IMG/VR virus record: IMGVR_UViG_3300020340_000001
Coordinates: 1 to 61,976 of that record
Origin: a virus
Taxonomy: Duplodnaviria > Caudoviricetes
DNA length: 61,976 bases
Reading direction: 5' to 3' (one strand)
Shown here: in pieces, positions 15,856 to 28,400 of the stretch
Layout: each line of letters opens with the position of its first letter
How positions within the stretch are numbered: the first letter of the stretch is position 1
Notes under the pieces: model-generated
Database searches by the model: none
What the model saw: only the letters and a program-made list of their open reading frames with translations
Told to the model about the DNA's origin: nothing
Translations under genes and position numbers: made by a program

Positions 15856-17389
15856 GGCAATTGTACTTAAAACAAAGCGTCCACACTTAGTTACTGAACA
15901 GATAAAGAACCATAAGATACTGCAAGAAACCGATGGCGTTTACAAATTAGCAATTCGGTGGGACTTACACGAAGCGCAAGTACTGGCATCTTTGAAAGTA
16001 AAAGATATTCGTTCTCCCATAGATAGAGACTATGGGTGGACAGGTAAGTACACTCCCTTTGACCACCAAAAAGAAACTTCTAATTTTCTTACGCTACATA
16101 AGAAAGCGTTTTGTTTCAACGAACAGGGTACAGGCAAGACTGCTTCTGTTATATGGGCAGCAGATTACTTGATGAACATGGGTCAAGTGAACCGTGTACT
16201 GGTTATATGTCCTCTGTCTATTATGAAATCTGCATGGCAACAAGACTTGTTTAAGTTTGCTATGCACCGTAGTTGTTCAGTTGCACATGGTACATCGACG
16301 CAACGTAAGAAAATACTGGACGCGGGAGCTGAGTTTGTCATTATAAATTATGACGGTGTGGCTGTAGTCATGGATGAAATAATGAAAGGTGGGTTTGATA
16401 TGGTAGTCATAGACGAAGCCAACGCCTACAAAAATGCACAGACTAATCGTTGGAAAACACTCAAAGCAATAGTTGAGGATGTCCCGTGGCTTTGGATGCT
16501 TACAGGTACTCCAGCAGCTCAATCGCCTGTCGATGCGTTTGGTCTTGCAAAGCTGATTAACCCTGACGGTGTGCCTAAATACTTTGGGCAATTCAGAGAC
16601 AAGGTGATGTACAAGGTCACTCAGTTTACTTGGCGACCTAAATCAGATTCAGATAAAACAGTACACGAAGCACTGCAACCCGCCATTCGTTTTGAGAAAG
16701 ATCAATGTCTGGACTTACCTCCTGTTACTTACGTGGAGAGAAACGCTCCGCTAACCAAACAACAAGAGACTTACTACAAACTTCTTAAAGACCAGATGGT
16801 GATGGAAGCAGATGGAGAGCAGGTTACCTCTGTCAATGCAGCTACGAACTTAAACAAACTACTTCAAATTTCAGGTGGTGCGGTTTACTCAGACGAAAAA
16901 GAAGTCATAGAGTTTGATGTAAAGAACCGTTTGAAAGTAGTTAAAGAGGTAATAGAAGAATCCTCTCACAAGGTGCTGGTGTTCGTACCTTTTACACATA
17001 CCATAGAATTACTAAAAGACTTTTTGACCAAGGCTAACATTAGCTGTGACATCATTTCAGGTAAGGTGTCAGTTAATAAACGTACTCAGATAATTAAGGA
17101 CTTTCAAGAAAAGACTGATCCGCATGTCCTTATAATACAGCCACAAGCAGCTTCGCATGGTTTAACGCTTACTGCTGCTAACACTGTTATTTGGTACGCT
17201 CCTGTTACTAGCGTAGAGACATACCTACAAGCTAACGCAAGGATAGATAGGCCGGGCCAACACAATCCGATGACTGTGGTGCATATAGAAGGTAGCCCAG
17301 TTGAGAACAGGTTGTACAGGATGCTGCAAAACAACATCACTAATCACAATAAGATTATAGATTTGTATAGACAAGAGTTAGGTGCTTGA
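15836..17389 (+). CDS. SNF2-family helicase
   Basis: EQGTGKT, DEA box VVIDEA, LTGTP, HGLTL, QANARIDRPGQ. Confidence 0.92.
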   Translation: MHVINDRAIVLKTKRPHLVTEQIKNHKILQETDGVYKLAIRWDLHEAQVLASLKVKDIRSPIDRDYGWTGKYTPFDHQKETSNFLTLHKKAFCFNEQGTGKTASVIWAADYLMNMGQVNRVLVICPLSIMKSAWQQDLFKFAMHRSCSVAHGTSTQRKKILDAGAEFVIINYDGVAVVMDEIMKGGFDMVVIDEANAYKNAQTNRWKTLKAIVEDVPWLWMLTGTPAAQSPVDAFGLAKLINPDGVPKYFGQFRDKVMYKVTQFTWRPKSDSDKTVHEALQPAIRFEKDQCLDLPPVTYVERNAPLTKQQETYYKLLKDQMVMEADGEQVTSVNAATNLNKLLQISGGAVYSDEKEVIEFDVKNRLKVVKEVIEESSHKVLVFVPFTHTIELLKDFLTKANISCDIISGKVSVNKRTQIIKDFQEKTDPHVLIIQPQAASHGLTLTAANTVIWYAPVTSVETYLQANARIDRPGQHNPMTVVHIEGSPVENRLYRMLQNNITNHNKIIDLYRQELGA

Positions 17390-17413
17390 CAATGTAAAGG
17401 AGACTGGTAAACT
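17386..17413 (+). promoter_or_regulatory. Putative sigma70 promoter
   Basis: TTGACA-N16-TAAACT with TG extension, upstream of AGGAGG and ATG 17442. Confidence 0.6.
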
Positions 17414-17441
17414 ACTCGTCCCTACTTTTACAGGAGGAGCG

Positions 17442-17843
17442 ATGAAAAAGTTACCAGTAGATCAAATGGTCGGTGCGTTTATGAATTTACGCGAGGCCAT
17501 TCAGAAAAGGGAAGATGAAATAAAGGAACTCAAAGAGAAGCAAGAGAAGATCAATGAGAAACTTCTTGCTCTTTGTGAGAAGGAGAACGTAGACAGTCTT
17601 AAGACACCGATGGGTACAGTCTCACGGCGAGTATCCTCAACGTTTTGGACTAGCGATTGGGAAAAGATGCACAACTTTGTGTTAAAGCATAAAGCACCGC
17701 ATCTGCTAGAAAGAAGGCTTCACAATAAAAACGTGAAAGAATTTCTTGAAGATAATCCTAAATTATCTCCTCCCGGTTTGCAGACTAATCGTAAGTACGT
17801 AGTTTCGATTCGCAAGCCAGCTAAGAAGCCTACGAAGAAATGA
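17442..17843 (+). CDS. Conserved phage replication-module protein (coiled coil + KTxxGTV...DW motif)
   Basis: ATG 17442 after AGGAGG; typical neighbour of SSB in such phages. Confidence 0.7.
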   Translation: MKKLPVDQMVGAFMNLREAIQKREDEIKELKEKQEKINEKLLALCEKENVDSLKTPMGTVSRRVSSTFWTSDWEKMHNFVLKHKAPHLLERRLHNKNVKEFLEDNPKLSPPGLQTNRKYVVSIRKPAKKPTKK

Positions 17844-19168
17844 CTAGGCTTAATGTTCAGGACGGGTATTTTATACATCCGTCCACGTATGAACCTCTTA
17901 CTAGTATTCAAGCAGTGATTGTAGATAGAGGTACTTTGTCTCGAAATTACTACGAGGATGACAAACTACTATGTTGGTCGTTCGATGCAGATTTTCCTGA
18001 TGATGAAGTGCCTTCTACTACACAGCAGTCAACACGTTGTATTGATTGCGTTAGGAATATTAAACAAGGGGGGTACAGGCGCGGGACAGCTTGTAAGTTT
18101 TTTACAGTTATTAAACTAGTAATACCCTACGAGCCAGAAGTATACGAACTTAGAATAGGTGCGCTCAGTTTGTTTTCAAGAGACACCAACAGGTTCAACT
18201 TAAATAAGTACATTGACTACTTACAGAGTAACAACGAAGAAGTAGAAAATGTTTTAACAGAAATATATTTTGGAGAGAAAAGCGGGATTTCTAAAATATA
18301 TTTCAAACCATCTCGTCCGTTGGCGGAAGATGAGTTGGTAGAGGTGCAGCAGTTAGTTGAAGATGCTGCTATTCCAAGAAACCCGTTTGAAACCATGAAG
18401 GAAGAAAACTTTATGAGCAATGATAAATATATTATTAACAACGTAAAAGCACTATACCCAAGGTTAGATCAACCTTATAGGTTTGATAAGAAGGCGGGAC
18501 CGAAAGGTAAAAGTGTGCCTTGCGAAGCTACCGATGATGGTGCTTGTTATGAACTTGATTTTGTTATGACCAAGGCACAGGCAAAAGAACTGTATCAGCC
18601 AATGGCTGCTGCGTACGAGAAGGCACGTAAGGATTCGTGGCCTGAGAAACTGGAGCTACCGTTTAAGAAGGATGATGATGGGAACTTTGTCGGGTCGGCT
18701 AAAATTAAGGCTTCTTACAACAACAAAGTAACTAAGGCTCCTCCTCAGTATGACTCTCAAAACGCCGAGCTTCCTGAAGGGTTTTTACTTACCACAGGTA
18801 GCATAGTATGTATAGCTGTGGAATTTGTGCCGTATGACATGAATGGTCACAGTGTCAGTTTACGTTTAAAGGGAATACAAGTCATAGACTACATTCCTTA
18901 CCAAGCACCTTCTCCTTTTGAAAAGACTGATGGTTTCTCAGCTAGTGATGCACCCAGTCCTTTCGAGCAAGTAGAAGAGAAAGAATCTTCTGACAACATG
19001 TTTGAGGATGATACACCCAAGAAAGAAACATCTTCTGATCCTTTTGATGATGACGATGACGAGGTTACTGAACCTACTAAACGTCCAAAGAAGAAAGAGA
19101 AACCACCAAAAGATGATGACGATGACCTCTCTAATATCATTGATGAGTGGGGGAGTGACGATAGCTAA
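17840..19168 (+). CDS. Two-domain ssDNA-binding protein (Cys-containing N-domain + T7 gp2.5-like OB domain with acidic tail)
   Basis: C-half YPRL...VSLRLKGIQVIDY followed by a D/E-rich tail ending DEWGSDDS; N-half CWS...CIDC...C. Confidence 0.7.
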   Translation: MTRLNVQDGYFIHPSTYEPLTSIQAVIVDRGTLSRNYYEDDKLLCWSFDADFPDDEVPSTTQQSTRCIDCVRNIKQGGYRRGTACKFFTVIKLVIPYEPEVYELRIGALSLFSRDTNRFNLNKYIDYLQSNNEEVENVLTEIYFGEKSGISKIYFKPSRPLAEDELVEVQQLVEDAAIPRNPFETMKEENFMSNDKYIINNVKALYPRLDQPYRFDKKAGPKGKSVPCEATDDGACYELDFVMTKAQAKELYQPMAAAYEKARKDSWPEKLELPFKKDDDGNFVGSAKIKASYNNKVTKAPPQYDSQNAELPEGFLLTTGSIVCIAVEFVPYDMNGHSVSLRLKGIQVIDYIPYQAPSPFEKTDGFSASDAPSPFEQVEEKESSDNMFEDDTPKKETSSDPFDDDDDEVTEPTKRPKKKEKPPKDDDDDLSNIIDEWGSDDS

Positions 19169-19401
19169 TGAGCTACGGATATACAACGCGGCTCGTTAGT
19201 CTAAATAAACAGGCTAACCGATCTTCATTGGGAGTCAAACTAGGCAAGGTTTGTATTAAGCAAGAGATACCTGTTGCCGAAGTTGCCTCCCAGTTGGGGG
19301 TTAGCAGACAAACTGTTTATAACTGGTTTATAGGCACACATGAACCGCACCCTGATCTCAACGCAACTATTGAAGAGTTATTAGACTCTTACTCTGAATA
19401 G
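19168..19401 (+). CDS. XRE-type helix-turn-helix protein
   Basis: VAEVASQLGVSRQTVYNWFIG. Confidence 0.88.
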   Translation: MSYGYTTRLVSLNKQANRSSLGVKLGKVCIKQEIPVAEVASQLGVSRQTVYNWFIGTHEPHPDLNATIEELLDSYSE

Positions 19402-19456
19402 TTTGATATTAATTTAACCGAGAGGAATTGGGGGGTAACTGCCCCCTAAAAATAAT

Positions 19457-22294
19457 ATGAATGACTTTGACCTCATATCCCATGTTGTGCCTGAAGGCGG
19501 ATGGTATTGTGCGGTCGGTATAGATGCTAACAAAAATATACACACTAAGTTTACGAAAGATAAAGAGGAGCTTACCACTTACTTTGAACACATGAAGGCA
19601 GCAAACCAAAATGTTTTCTTTGGTTGTGGTAAGTATAAAGAAGATGCTAGTAAACCGTTACCTGAAGGTGGCAGGAAAGCAGTCCATGTAGAATCATTAC
19701 AAGCTCTATGGTTAGACATAGATTGTGGGGAGGGTAAATCTGAAAAGATCGAACCTTCCACGGGGCTACCAGAAGGTTACGAAACACAAACAGAAGGACT
19801 CAAGGCACTTAATAAATTTATCTCTGTCGTAGGTTTAGAGCCACCTACCCTAGTCAGTTCAGGGTACGGATGGCACGCATACTGGTCGTTTACTGAGGAA
19901 ATACCCAAGCAAAAATGGATTCCTGTTGCTGACCGTTTTAAAGAAGTGTGTATTAAACAAGGTCTCTGTGCTGACCCACGAGTTTTTGAACCTGCTCGTA
20001 TTCTGCGTGTACCTAAAACTTTTAACCATAAGCGTGCTACTCCTGCTGAAGTAACAGTACGGCACGAAGCTACGCGCTATTCTTTTGACGAGATAAGAGA
20101 GCTGTTGGGTGTAGAAGAAGATGCTATTGAAGTAGAACCTTCAAGACGTGAATTAAGCGTCCTTGAAAAATTATTATCTGAGAATGAGACGAGTAGTTTC
20201 TCTAGGATAATGCAACTCGGTAACGATGGGTGCAGACAACTCATAGACTGCTACCGAAACCGCAAGACCTTATCTGAACCTCGATGGTTCAATGCACTCT
20301 CTATCGCATGGCACTGTAAAGACAAGCACACAGCTATACACAAGTTATCCAAGGGGCATCCAGACTATGACCCTGAAGCAGTTGAACGGAAAGTATCTAC
20401 TATAAAAGGACCGCACTCGTGCGAACAGTTCCAAAAGAATAACCCCAAAGGTTGTGAAGGTTGCCCACACTTAGGCACTGAGATGGATAACCCTATAAAG
20501 CTAGGGTCAGAAGTTGAGAGAGACAACACCTCGACCACCAAATACCCCGAACCTTACTTTAGAGGGGCTAACGGTGGCATTTATATACAAGGAGATGGGG
20601 AAGATACGTTAGTTTACGAACACGATTTATATGTAAAGAAAAGGATGTGTGACCCTGAACTGGGTGACGTTGCGGTATTCGTACTTAAGACTCCGCAAGA
20701 CGGTGTAAAAACCTTTGTAATACAGAACAAGATTATAACCGAGAGTCGCGCACTCAAAGGAGAACTTGCCAAGCATGGTGTAGTAGCTCACGAGTCGCAA
20801 GCTAAGTTAATAACACAGTTTATTATTAAATCAATCAAGGAGTTACAGGTAAAAAGAAAGGCAGATATTATGAGAGTACAATTTGGATGGCATGAAAACG
20901 ATACAAAATTTGTAGTAGGAGAGAGGGAAATAACTGTAGACGGTGTATATCACACTCCTGCATCTAGTGTTACTGAGGCTATCGCTCCCTACATGGACTC
21001 GGCAGGGACTTTAGAAAAATGGAAAGAGGTGATGAACCTGTATGACCGTCCGGGCCTTGAGGTGCAAGCCTTTGCTGCACTAACCGGATTCGGCGCACCC
21101 TTACTCAAGTTTACAGGACAGAAAGGGGCACTTATCAACCTTATACATAGCAGCGCAGGTACAGGTAAGACAACTGTATTGCGGATGGCTAACAGTGTAT
21201 GTGGTCACCCTGAATTGTTATTAGGTAACCCAGAGGACACCGCAGTAGCTAAGATTACTAAGCTAGGGCTACTTAACAACGTGGTAAACACAATGGACGA
21301 GCTTACCAACATGAAACCAGAAGTGCTTTCTCAGTTTGCTTACCTAGCATCACAAGGAAAGGGTAAAGACAAGGGCGACCCGTACGAAAACAAATTACGT
21401 GTAAATAAAATTACTTGGAATACTATTTCATTAACCACATCTAACGCATCGTTTTATCAGAAGCTAGAGATAGAAAAGAACTCTCCTGATGGAGAGATGA
21501 TGCGTATTATTGAGTTTAGCATCCCTTACACAAATCAAAACATTATTTCTACCGAGGAAGGTAAGACTATGTTTGACCATCAGTTAAACGAAAACTATGG
21601 TCATGCGATTGTTGATTACATGCAGTACATTATCTCTGACATGGATGAAGTAAAGAAGTTACTAAAACAGGTACAGCAGAAGATAGACAAGGAACTTAAA
21701 CTTACCAGTAGAGAACGAAACTGGTCAGCCATTATAGCTGCTAACATAACAGGTGGCATAATCGCACGGAAGCTAAAGTTAATTGACTACGATATGGGTC
21801 GCATCTACAAAGAAGTAGTGCCAGTTCTCGCAGAAATGAAGAAGGACACTCAAGCACCTGTCAACAATGGGGGTGCTATTGTTGGAGATTTTATTAACAG
21901 ACATATCCACAACATGTTGGTAGTTAACGATGACATAGATAAGCGCAGCCAGAAGCCTAAAGCACCGGACGTTGAACCACGAGGCGAACTTATCATACGT
22001 TATGAACCGGATACGAGGCTCATGTTTATCCCTGTGTCTAACTTCAAGAAAGACTGCATGGATTACCAAGTGGATTACAGGTCGTTTATCAAGCAGGAAA
22101 CAGCATCAGGTATGTGCAAAGGCACAGACAACAAACGTTTGTCTAAAGGTATGTCTATTACGTCATCAGCCGTACGCTGTGTGATTTTTGACTGCACCCA
22201 CTCGGACTTTGTAGATGTAAATAAAATGGTAGAGGAGCAGAAAGAAGGTGGAAGTGGAGAAGGTGACGTATCAGATAAACTGGAAGAAGTTTAA
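19457..22294 (+). CDS. Primase-helicase (N-terminal primase/RepB-like domain, Cys-rich domain, DUF927/ATPase domain)
   Basis: WLDIDC, SGYGWHAYW, RILRVP; C..F...NP..C..C; QFGW; Walker A SAGTGKT, Walker B TMDE. Confidence 0.85.
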   Translation: MNDFDLISHVVPEGGWYCAVGIDANKNIHTKFTKDKEELTTYFEHMKAANQNVFFGCGKYKEDASKPLPEGGRKAVHVESLQALWLDIDCGEGKSEKIEPSTGLPEGYETQTEGLKALNKFISVVGLEPPTLVSSGYGWHAYWSFTEEIPKQKWIPVADRFKEVCIKQGLCADPRVFEPARILRVPKTFNHKRATPAEVTVRHEATRYSFDEIRELLGVEEDAIEVEPSRRELSVLEKLLSENETSSFSRIMQLGNDGCRQLIDCYRNRKTLSEPRWFNALSIAWHCKDKHTAIHKLSKGHPDYDPEAVERKVSTIKGPHSCEQFQKNNPKGCEGCPHLGTEMDNPIKLGSEVERDNTSTTKYPEPYFRGANGGIYIQGDGEDTLVYEHDLYVKKRMCDPELGDVAVFVLKTPQDGVKTFVIQNKIITESRALKGELAKHGVVAHESQAKLITQFIIKSIKELQVKRKADIMRVQFGWHENDTKFVVGEREITVDGVYHTPASSVTEAIAPYMDSAGTLEKWKEVMNLYDRPGLEVQAFAALTGFGAPLLKFTGQKGALINLIHSSAGTGKTTVLRMANSVCGHPELLLGNPEDTAVAKITKLGLLNNVVNTMDELTNMKPEVLSQFAYLASQGKGKDKGDPYENKLRVNKITWNTISLTTSNASFYQKLEIEKNSPDGEMMRIIEFSIPYTNQNIISTEEGKTMFDHQLNENYGHAIVDYMQYIISDMDEVKKLLKQVQQKIDKELKLTSRERNWSAIIAANITGGIIARKLKLIDYDMGRIYKEVVPVLAEMKKDTQAPVNNGGAIVGDFINRHIHNMLVVNDDIDKRSQKPKAPDVEPRGELIIRYEPDTRLMFIPVSNFKKDCMDYQVDYRSFIKQETASGMCKGTDNKRLSKGMSITSSAVRCVIFDCTHSDFVDVNKMVEEQKEGGSGEGDVSDKLEEV

Positions 22295-22442
22295 GAAGGG
22301 GTGGTCTTTTTTCATCCCTTGCTTAGACCCCAAGAAGTCGCGTTCTATAATTGTTAATGAAACCCGGAAGTTTAAGTATAATGTGACTACTAAAGTAGTT
22401 ATAGAAGATGATGTCCGGGGGATTCGTGTGTGGCGGGTTTAA
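22248..22442 (+). CDS. Hypothetical protein
   Basis: W..F..G.SFFIPC...RGIRVWR; last + strand gene, its stop overlaps the convergent gene's stop. Confidence 0.65.
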   Translation: MEVEKVTYQINWKKFKKGWSFFIPCLDPKKSRSIIVNETRKFKYNVTTKVVIEDDVRGIRVWRV

Positions 22443-25400
22443 AGAGAAGGCTCTAAACGGTCAAAGTATTTTTGTCCATAAGGTAAAAAGTTTTTATCAA
22501 AACGTAACGCATACTTGTACTCTCTAAGAGCAGAAGCTCTTGATTTAAAAGAACTTTCTAACGTGCGTGGGTTAATCAAACGAGGGTATATGCTTGCAAA
22601 CTGATTTATACGTTGGTCTATTCGATTTACTTCCGTAAAATCTCTCGCCGTTAAAGCATTAAAACGTGCTTCCAATAGCGCTTGTCTGCGGTTCATTACC
22701 TTATTTTCGTAATCTTTAACAAGACCACGAGTTTCATAGATACTAGATAGGTTAGCAGGACTAAACCCAAGAAATTGTTTTGCTAAAAGCCATCCATCTA
22801 GGTCTTCCATGATAGGTAGTCCATCTGAACTAACGACACCTTCGTCCATGTACCGATACGTTTTAAAAGCATTACGCAGAAAGCTAGGGGAGAACTGTTC
22901 TACCCCTCGTGCAATTTCTCCTCTTGCCATTAAGTCAAAACCGTAAGGCACGTTACGAGCAAAATTACCTAGTGGTCCAAAGGCTTGCATCATTGCCGCG
23001 CCTACATACCCAAACTTTTCAATCTCATAGGGGTCTTCTCTAAATAGTAAACCATTTGCTACACTGGCACGGTTGGAAAATTCTATGTTACTCAGATAGT
23101 TAGTTGGGCCTTTAGTAACCCATTCAGGATACATATCCATTACAGCACGGCGTAAATTAAAAGGTTCTTCCTCTTCATCATCTAACGCATTTTCCATAGC
23201 CATTATCATATTAGCCATCGTAGCCGCAGCGCCAAAGAAAGGCATACCAAATACACCTGCTACACCAAAACTCATTCCGTATATAAACATTAACTGTCTG
23301 AACGCAGCTAGTTTTACAGCAGGTGTTTCCCCTTTAACAGATTGGTAAAAAGCCCTCGCCGTTACATAAGCACTTTGCCATATAAAAGATTTAAAGGTAA
23401 ACGTTGCTCGTCCAAGACCCCCCGCAAAATCTCCTTGCATCAACCTTGGACCCGTTGCTGCCATACCAGATGTGTTTACATCCTTAACAACTTTAAGTGC
23501 GTACTCTAAAGCTCCCTCTTCTCCACGATACTGTTCAGGTAAACGATCTGGGTTTTGTTTGGCTAGGTTATAAGCAGCTATACCTATCGTTGCACGGTTA
23601 TATTTCTCCGTTGCAGAAAAAGGTATAGATAAAATATTCATTACTTTCATAGTAAGAGTATTAAACTCTTCAGTGCTTTGTTGAGTACCTTCTTGTATTT
23701 CCCTGTTCATCGTGTGCCGCAGTTGGGCGTGGTCCATAAGTTTCTTATACAACGCTTTGTAATCTTTGCTTGTTTGCCATTTATTGTTAATCGCTAGACC
23801 CATCGCTTTACTTAAAGCAGCTACTTCTCGCCCACCAAAATCACGGTTAAGTAGGGGTTGTCCTAGTAACGGTATTGACGTTAAGTTAATTAATGCAGAA
23901 GATATATTACCTGCAAGAAATAAAGTAAAACTTCCTGTTGAGGCTAGTCTAATAGGAGTAGAGTATTGCGGGTTTACTGTAAAGTTTTGACGAGAATCAA
24001 TTTCATTACCTAATGCTTGTATGGTTAAGGGATCAGGTACATTGGCTTTATCGCCATAGCGTCTTTCATAATTAGCTGTCTCTGCTCTTACTCTATCAAA
24101 CGCATTTAATAGTTCTCCATTGTATACAGTATTAGCCATTTTTCGAGCAAACCTAACAGAGGTTTCTCCATAAGCACGGGCTAAATCATTTGACATCCCC
24201 GGAACATTACGCGCTTTTCTAAAACCTTTCACCAAAGAGTTTTCAGGAAACATATCTAAATAAGTTTCGTACATAGCTTGCTTTTGTGTATCTAAACCTT
24301 TGATTGCTTCCTTTATTTCTTCTTGTGTTTTATTTTGCGCTCGTAGTTCGTCTGTTAAATTTTTGTCCATGTTTTGGTAAACTTTTGCAAGAAAATGTTC
24401 AGTCCCTGCAATGGGTTTAAAACTAGTGTTTTGCACACTGTTTGTTATTATATATTGGTTTAACGGATTTTCTTTTGTAAGTTCGCTTCCTTCTTCAACA
24501 GACTTCTTCAAACCCAACCGTTGAATAGCTCTTCTTCGATCACTGTAAGATTCAAATGCTTCTACCGTGTAGTTACCATCAGCATCCATGTACTGAAGAA
24601 TGAACTCTCCAAACCTTCTGAAAGGGACATACCCCGCTACAGGTTCATTAGCAATAAAATCTTGTCTTACTTTATCGCGTAAGTCTTCATTTTTTATGGT
24701 TCCTAATACAAACTTTTTGTACTCTTTAAACATCCCATCGTATTCAGTTCTTAACTTCTTATATACTTTACTAGCAAGCCCATTTGTTTGTTTATCGAGT
24801 CGTTGTAAAGTTTCTTTGTGTTTTTTAATGGCTTCTTTCTTAGTTTCTATGTCTGCCTGTGAAGGAGGTTTATTGTCTTCGCTTCGTTTCTTTACTTGGT
24901 CTATGTACTTGGTAATAAAATTAGGGTCAAGTATGTCTACTTCATCTAAACGAATTTGATTTGCTAGATCACCTAACTGTTCACTTTGCCTTTGAAACCT
25001 TCTGGCAAAAGCTACTAACCCTTTGTAGACCTCTTGACTCTCTTCAATTTTGTTTTCTTGGTAACCTTGTTTTTTCTCTACAGCATCTGTAATAAATTTT
25101 AAACTGGGTATGTATTTCCCATATAACTCTACAAAGTTATCCATACGTAAGGCTTTAAATATAGCTCTTGTAAGAGGACGGCTTTCACTAACCGCTTCAG
25201 TCATTTTGTTTATTTTTGTTTTGTTCAAAGGTGGTAGCTTTGCAGCTTCTTCACCTACTACATCAGGAGTAACATTGGAAAAGAATACTCTTTCGATAGG
25301 GGGTGCTTCACTTTCTGCACCAAGGTTTACAATTTCTTCAATAAACTCAAACCCTTTGTCGTATGCGGTTTGCCTTTCACGAATACCAAAAAATTCAAGT

Positions 25401-28400
25401 ATTGCGTCTATGACTCGTTTATAAAAGCTATCACTTCTTGGTGCTTTTAAGTCTTTAAGTAAAGCGCGAAAATTTTCATTACCCATAAACTCAGACACGA
25501 ACTCGTGTAAATCCTTACCGCCATAGAAGCCACTCATCTGTAATTGTATTTGGCTGAAAAACTTAAAAAATACTTCTGCTTCTTTTGAATCAGGATTGTC
25601 TAACCTACGGGACAAAGCAGCGTGTGCTAACTCATGGAAAAATACTTTTTTGTTTAACCCTCTCTCTGGGTCCAATACAATTTCATTTGCACCCTCATCA
25701 AACATTCCTCCTCTGGGCGATTCAGGAAGAGGTGCTATACGTATCTTAGTATTAGCAGCCATCTTTCTCATATTCCGTAATAAAATCTGTATTTCTTTTG
25801 GTTCGTCTTTTAACAATTGCTCTATGGTTTGATTTAAGTTACCCCGTTCTGCTACTTCTCTTACTTCATTAGGAATGTCTTGAGGGAAAGTGATACCTTG
25901 GCGTTTCACCTGTGCCGCGATATCTTCACTAGTTATACCTTGTTGTGCTTCAGCAAATTCTTCGTCTATCTTTGTTTTAGCTTCTCTTTTTAGCCGATTG
26001 AATTCTTTTTTACGCGCTTCGCTGCGAGGCTGTTGTTTAAGCCCCATCTGTTGAAGAGCTTCTGCTTCAGCCTGTTGATCTGTTGTTCGTCCTGTATCAA
26101 CTGGAGGGACTTCTGCACTTCTAACCGTTCCAAAATCCTCTCCTTTAGGTATCCCTGCGCGTAGGACACCAGTATTAGCCTGTGTTTCTGTAATTTTTTT
26201 AGAGCGTCTAAGTGCTCTAGCTAACCCTAATATGGATTGCTTTCGTTCTGTTTTAAATGCGTCCAAGGCTTCATTAAGCTGTGTTGCAGGAGTGCCCTGC
26301 AAGTTATCTTCTATCCATTGCCTTGCAAGTACTGCGTCTTTTTGTTTTGTAGGAGCTAATCTACCTTGGCGTTTTTCACCTATAAAATCATTAAACGCAT
26401 CGTCAATTAACTCATCACTAGGGATATTGGGTTGTTGTTCTCTGCTTTGCTTAATTTCGTCAACTGTAGCATCTCCCTCTGCTACATCGGCAGCTATACT
26501 TAACAGTGCTACTTCTCGTCCGTCTTTAGGTATACCTTTCTTACTAAAGTATCGCCTGACTGCACGCTCTTGTCGGGTCAAATCTTCCGCTTTAGTGTCT
26601 AATAGTCTTTGTATTTTAGCGGCGTTATCTGTGTTAAACCTTCTTATATTACGTTCTGCTTCAGCATAGGATTCCTGCTCCGCTTCTAACGCTGCTTTTT
26701 GAGCGTTCTTATAGGAAGCATCTAGTGGTTCCTTTCCTGTTAGTTGCATAACAAATTCGTTAAATGAAGCAGCATTTTTTTTAGCCGCTTCTAACTCGAC
26801 AAGTAATTGCTCTCCTGTTAGGTTTTTATCTTGTAATGCTTTTCTTTTTGCATCAGCATCTTGTATAGCTTCAATCTTTTCTAACTCATTAACCAAGTCA
26901 ATCGAGCGTGACATACCCCTACCAAGGGCATTCATTTTGTTTCTAGCTTCTAACACACGCTCTATACGTTCAGTTAAATCTTCCTCTGTCAGACTTCCAA
27001 CATTTCCCATGTCTTGTGGGACAAAATACTTACCCACACGCACGTAATTTTTACGGGTGACTTCCTCCCCTGCATCTAAAGCTGCTAGTTCTTCTTCTTC
27101 AAGTCTATCTACCCTGTCTATCTCTGCGTCTTCTGCTTTTTCGTACGCAGTATATAATTCAAAAGTTTCTTCCTCAGTTAACTCATTTGGGTCTATTATC
27201 TCTATCTCTTCAGTGGTGTCTTCTTCTACCGCTGTATCCGCATCGTCAGCAAGTAAGTTACGTAGGGCCGCAGTATCTTGGTTGTAAATACTGGCTTCAC
27301 GCACCCCTGCCAAAGCACCTATTGGAGTGCCTACTATACCTTCTAGCGTAGCTCCACCAGTCACGCCTCGAAAAGACGGCACATCAAACCCTTGGCGTTG
27401 CAGTGCTATATTACGTGTAAACTGTTCCTGTCCACCTTGTAGAGCTTCAGGGATTGCCTCTTCTAAAGCTGTGCGTGTTGCCGTGGGGATAACTCCTTTT
27501 TTAAGTAGCTTATCTAGCCCTTCTTCTGTAACTTCCCCAGCTAACTTTTTCCCAATATTGGTAGTAAATACAGCTCGTTCTAAACCAAACCTTGCAGCAA
27601 GTGCGCCCAACGCACCCCCTAAAAGAATATTGTCTATATTCTCTCCACCATATTCCTGTGCTTCTTGTGCTGCACTTTTAGCTTCTGCTTCTGATACACC
27701 TGAGTTAGTTAGTTCTTGGAAGACAGCATCGTAGGTAGCATCTTTAGTAATACCCAAGCCTGTTAACGTACCTACTCCAGTAGCTACACCAGCACCTATC
27801 CTAGCTTTTTGAGCAGCAGTTAATGCACGGCCTGTTAAAGCGGCAGCACTTCCGGGGGCAAGCAATCCAGCAACCAAAGTAGGAACAGAAGTACCGAAAG
27901 CGTTAGATATTAAGTCTACTGGAGCAGTAGCAAAAGCCTCTAGGCCCGCTAAGATTTGCTCCTTCATCCCCTTATCTTCTGCTTCCTGCATAATACGGGA
28001 TATCTCTTGTTGATCCTGTTTAGCCTGTGCAGAAAGGAGGTCATCAAAAAAGTCTTCTGCGCCACTTAAAGAGCGAGATAAGGTGTTATCTGCACCGAAT
28101 GCGTCAGTAATATACTTTAGTCCTGTAGTTGTTCCCTTTAGGAATTGAACAGGGATATCTGCGGTCTGCCTTAAAAAACCAGAACCAGAACCAGTGCTTG
28201 GGTATGTTTGTAACACCGATCCTACAATATCATCTACACTAGTAAATTGTGTTTGTTGTGTTGGTTGAGATGTAAATGAAGGTGTACTGGGGCGATTAAC
28301 TTTATTTAATACATAGTCTAAAATAGCAGACTCTTCAAAGCCCTCGGCTTGAGCACCCGCAAGATCAAAGCCTGTTTTTTCCGACAAATACTTTACGATA

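Noticed and set aside
19427-19449. Hairpin GGGGG-TAACTG-CCCCC before the primase gene as a terminator
   Set aside because: No U-tract on the + strand; it may affect primase translation but its function cannot be assigned.
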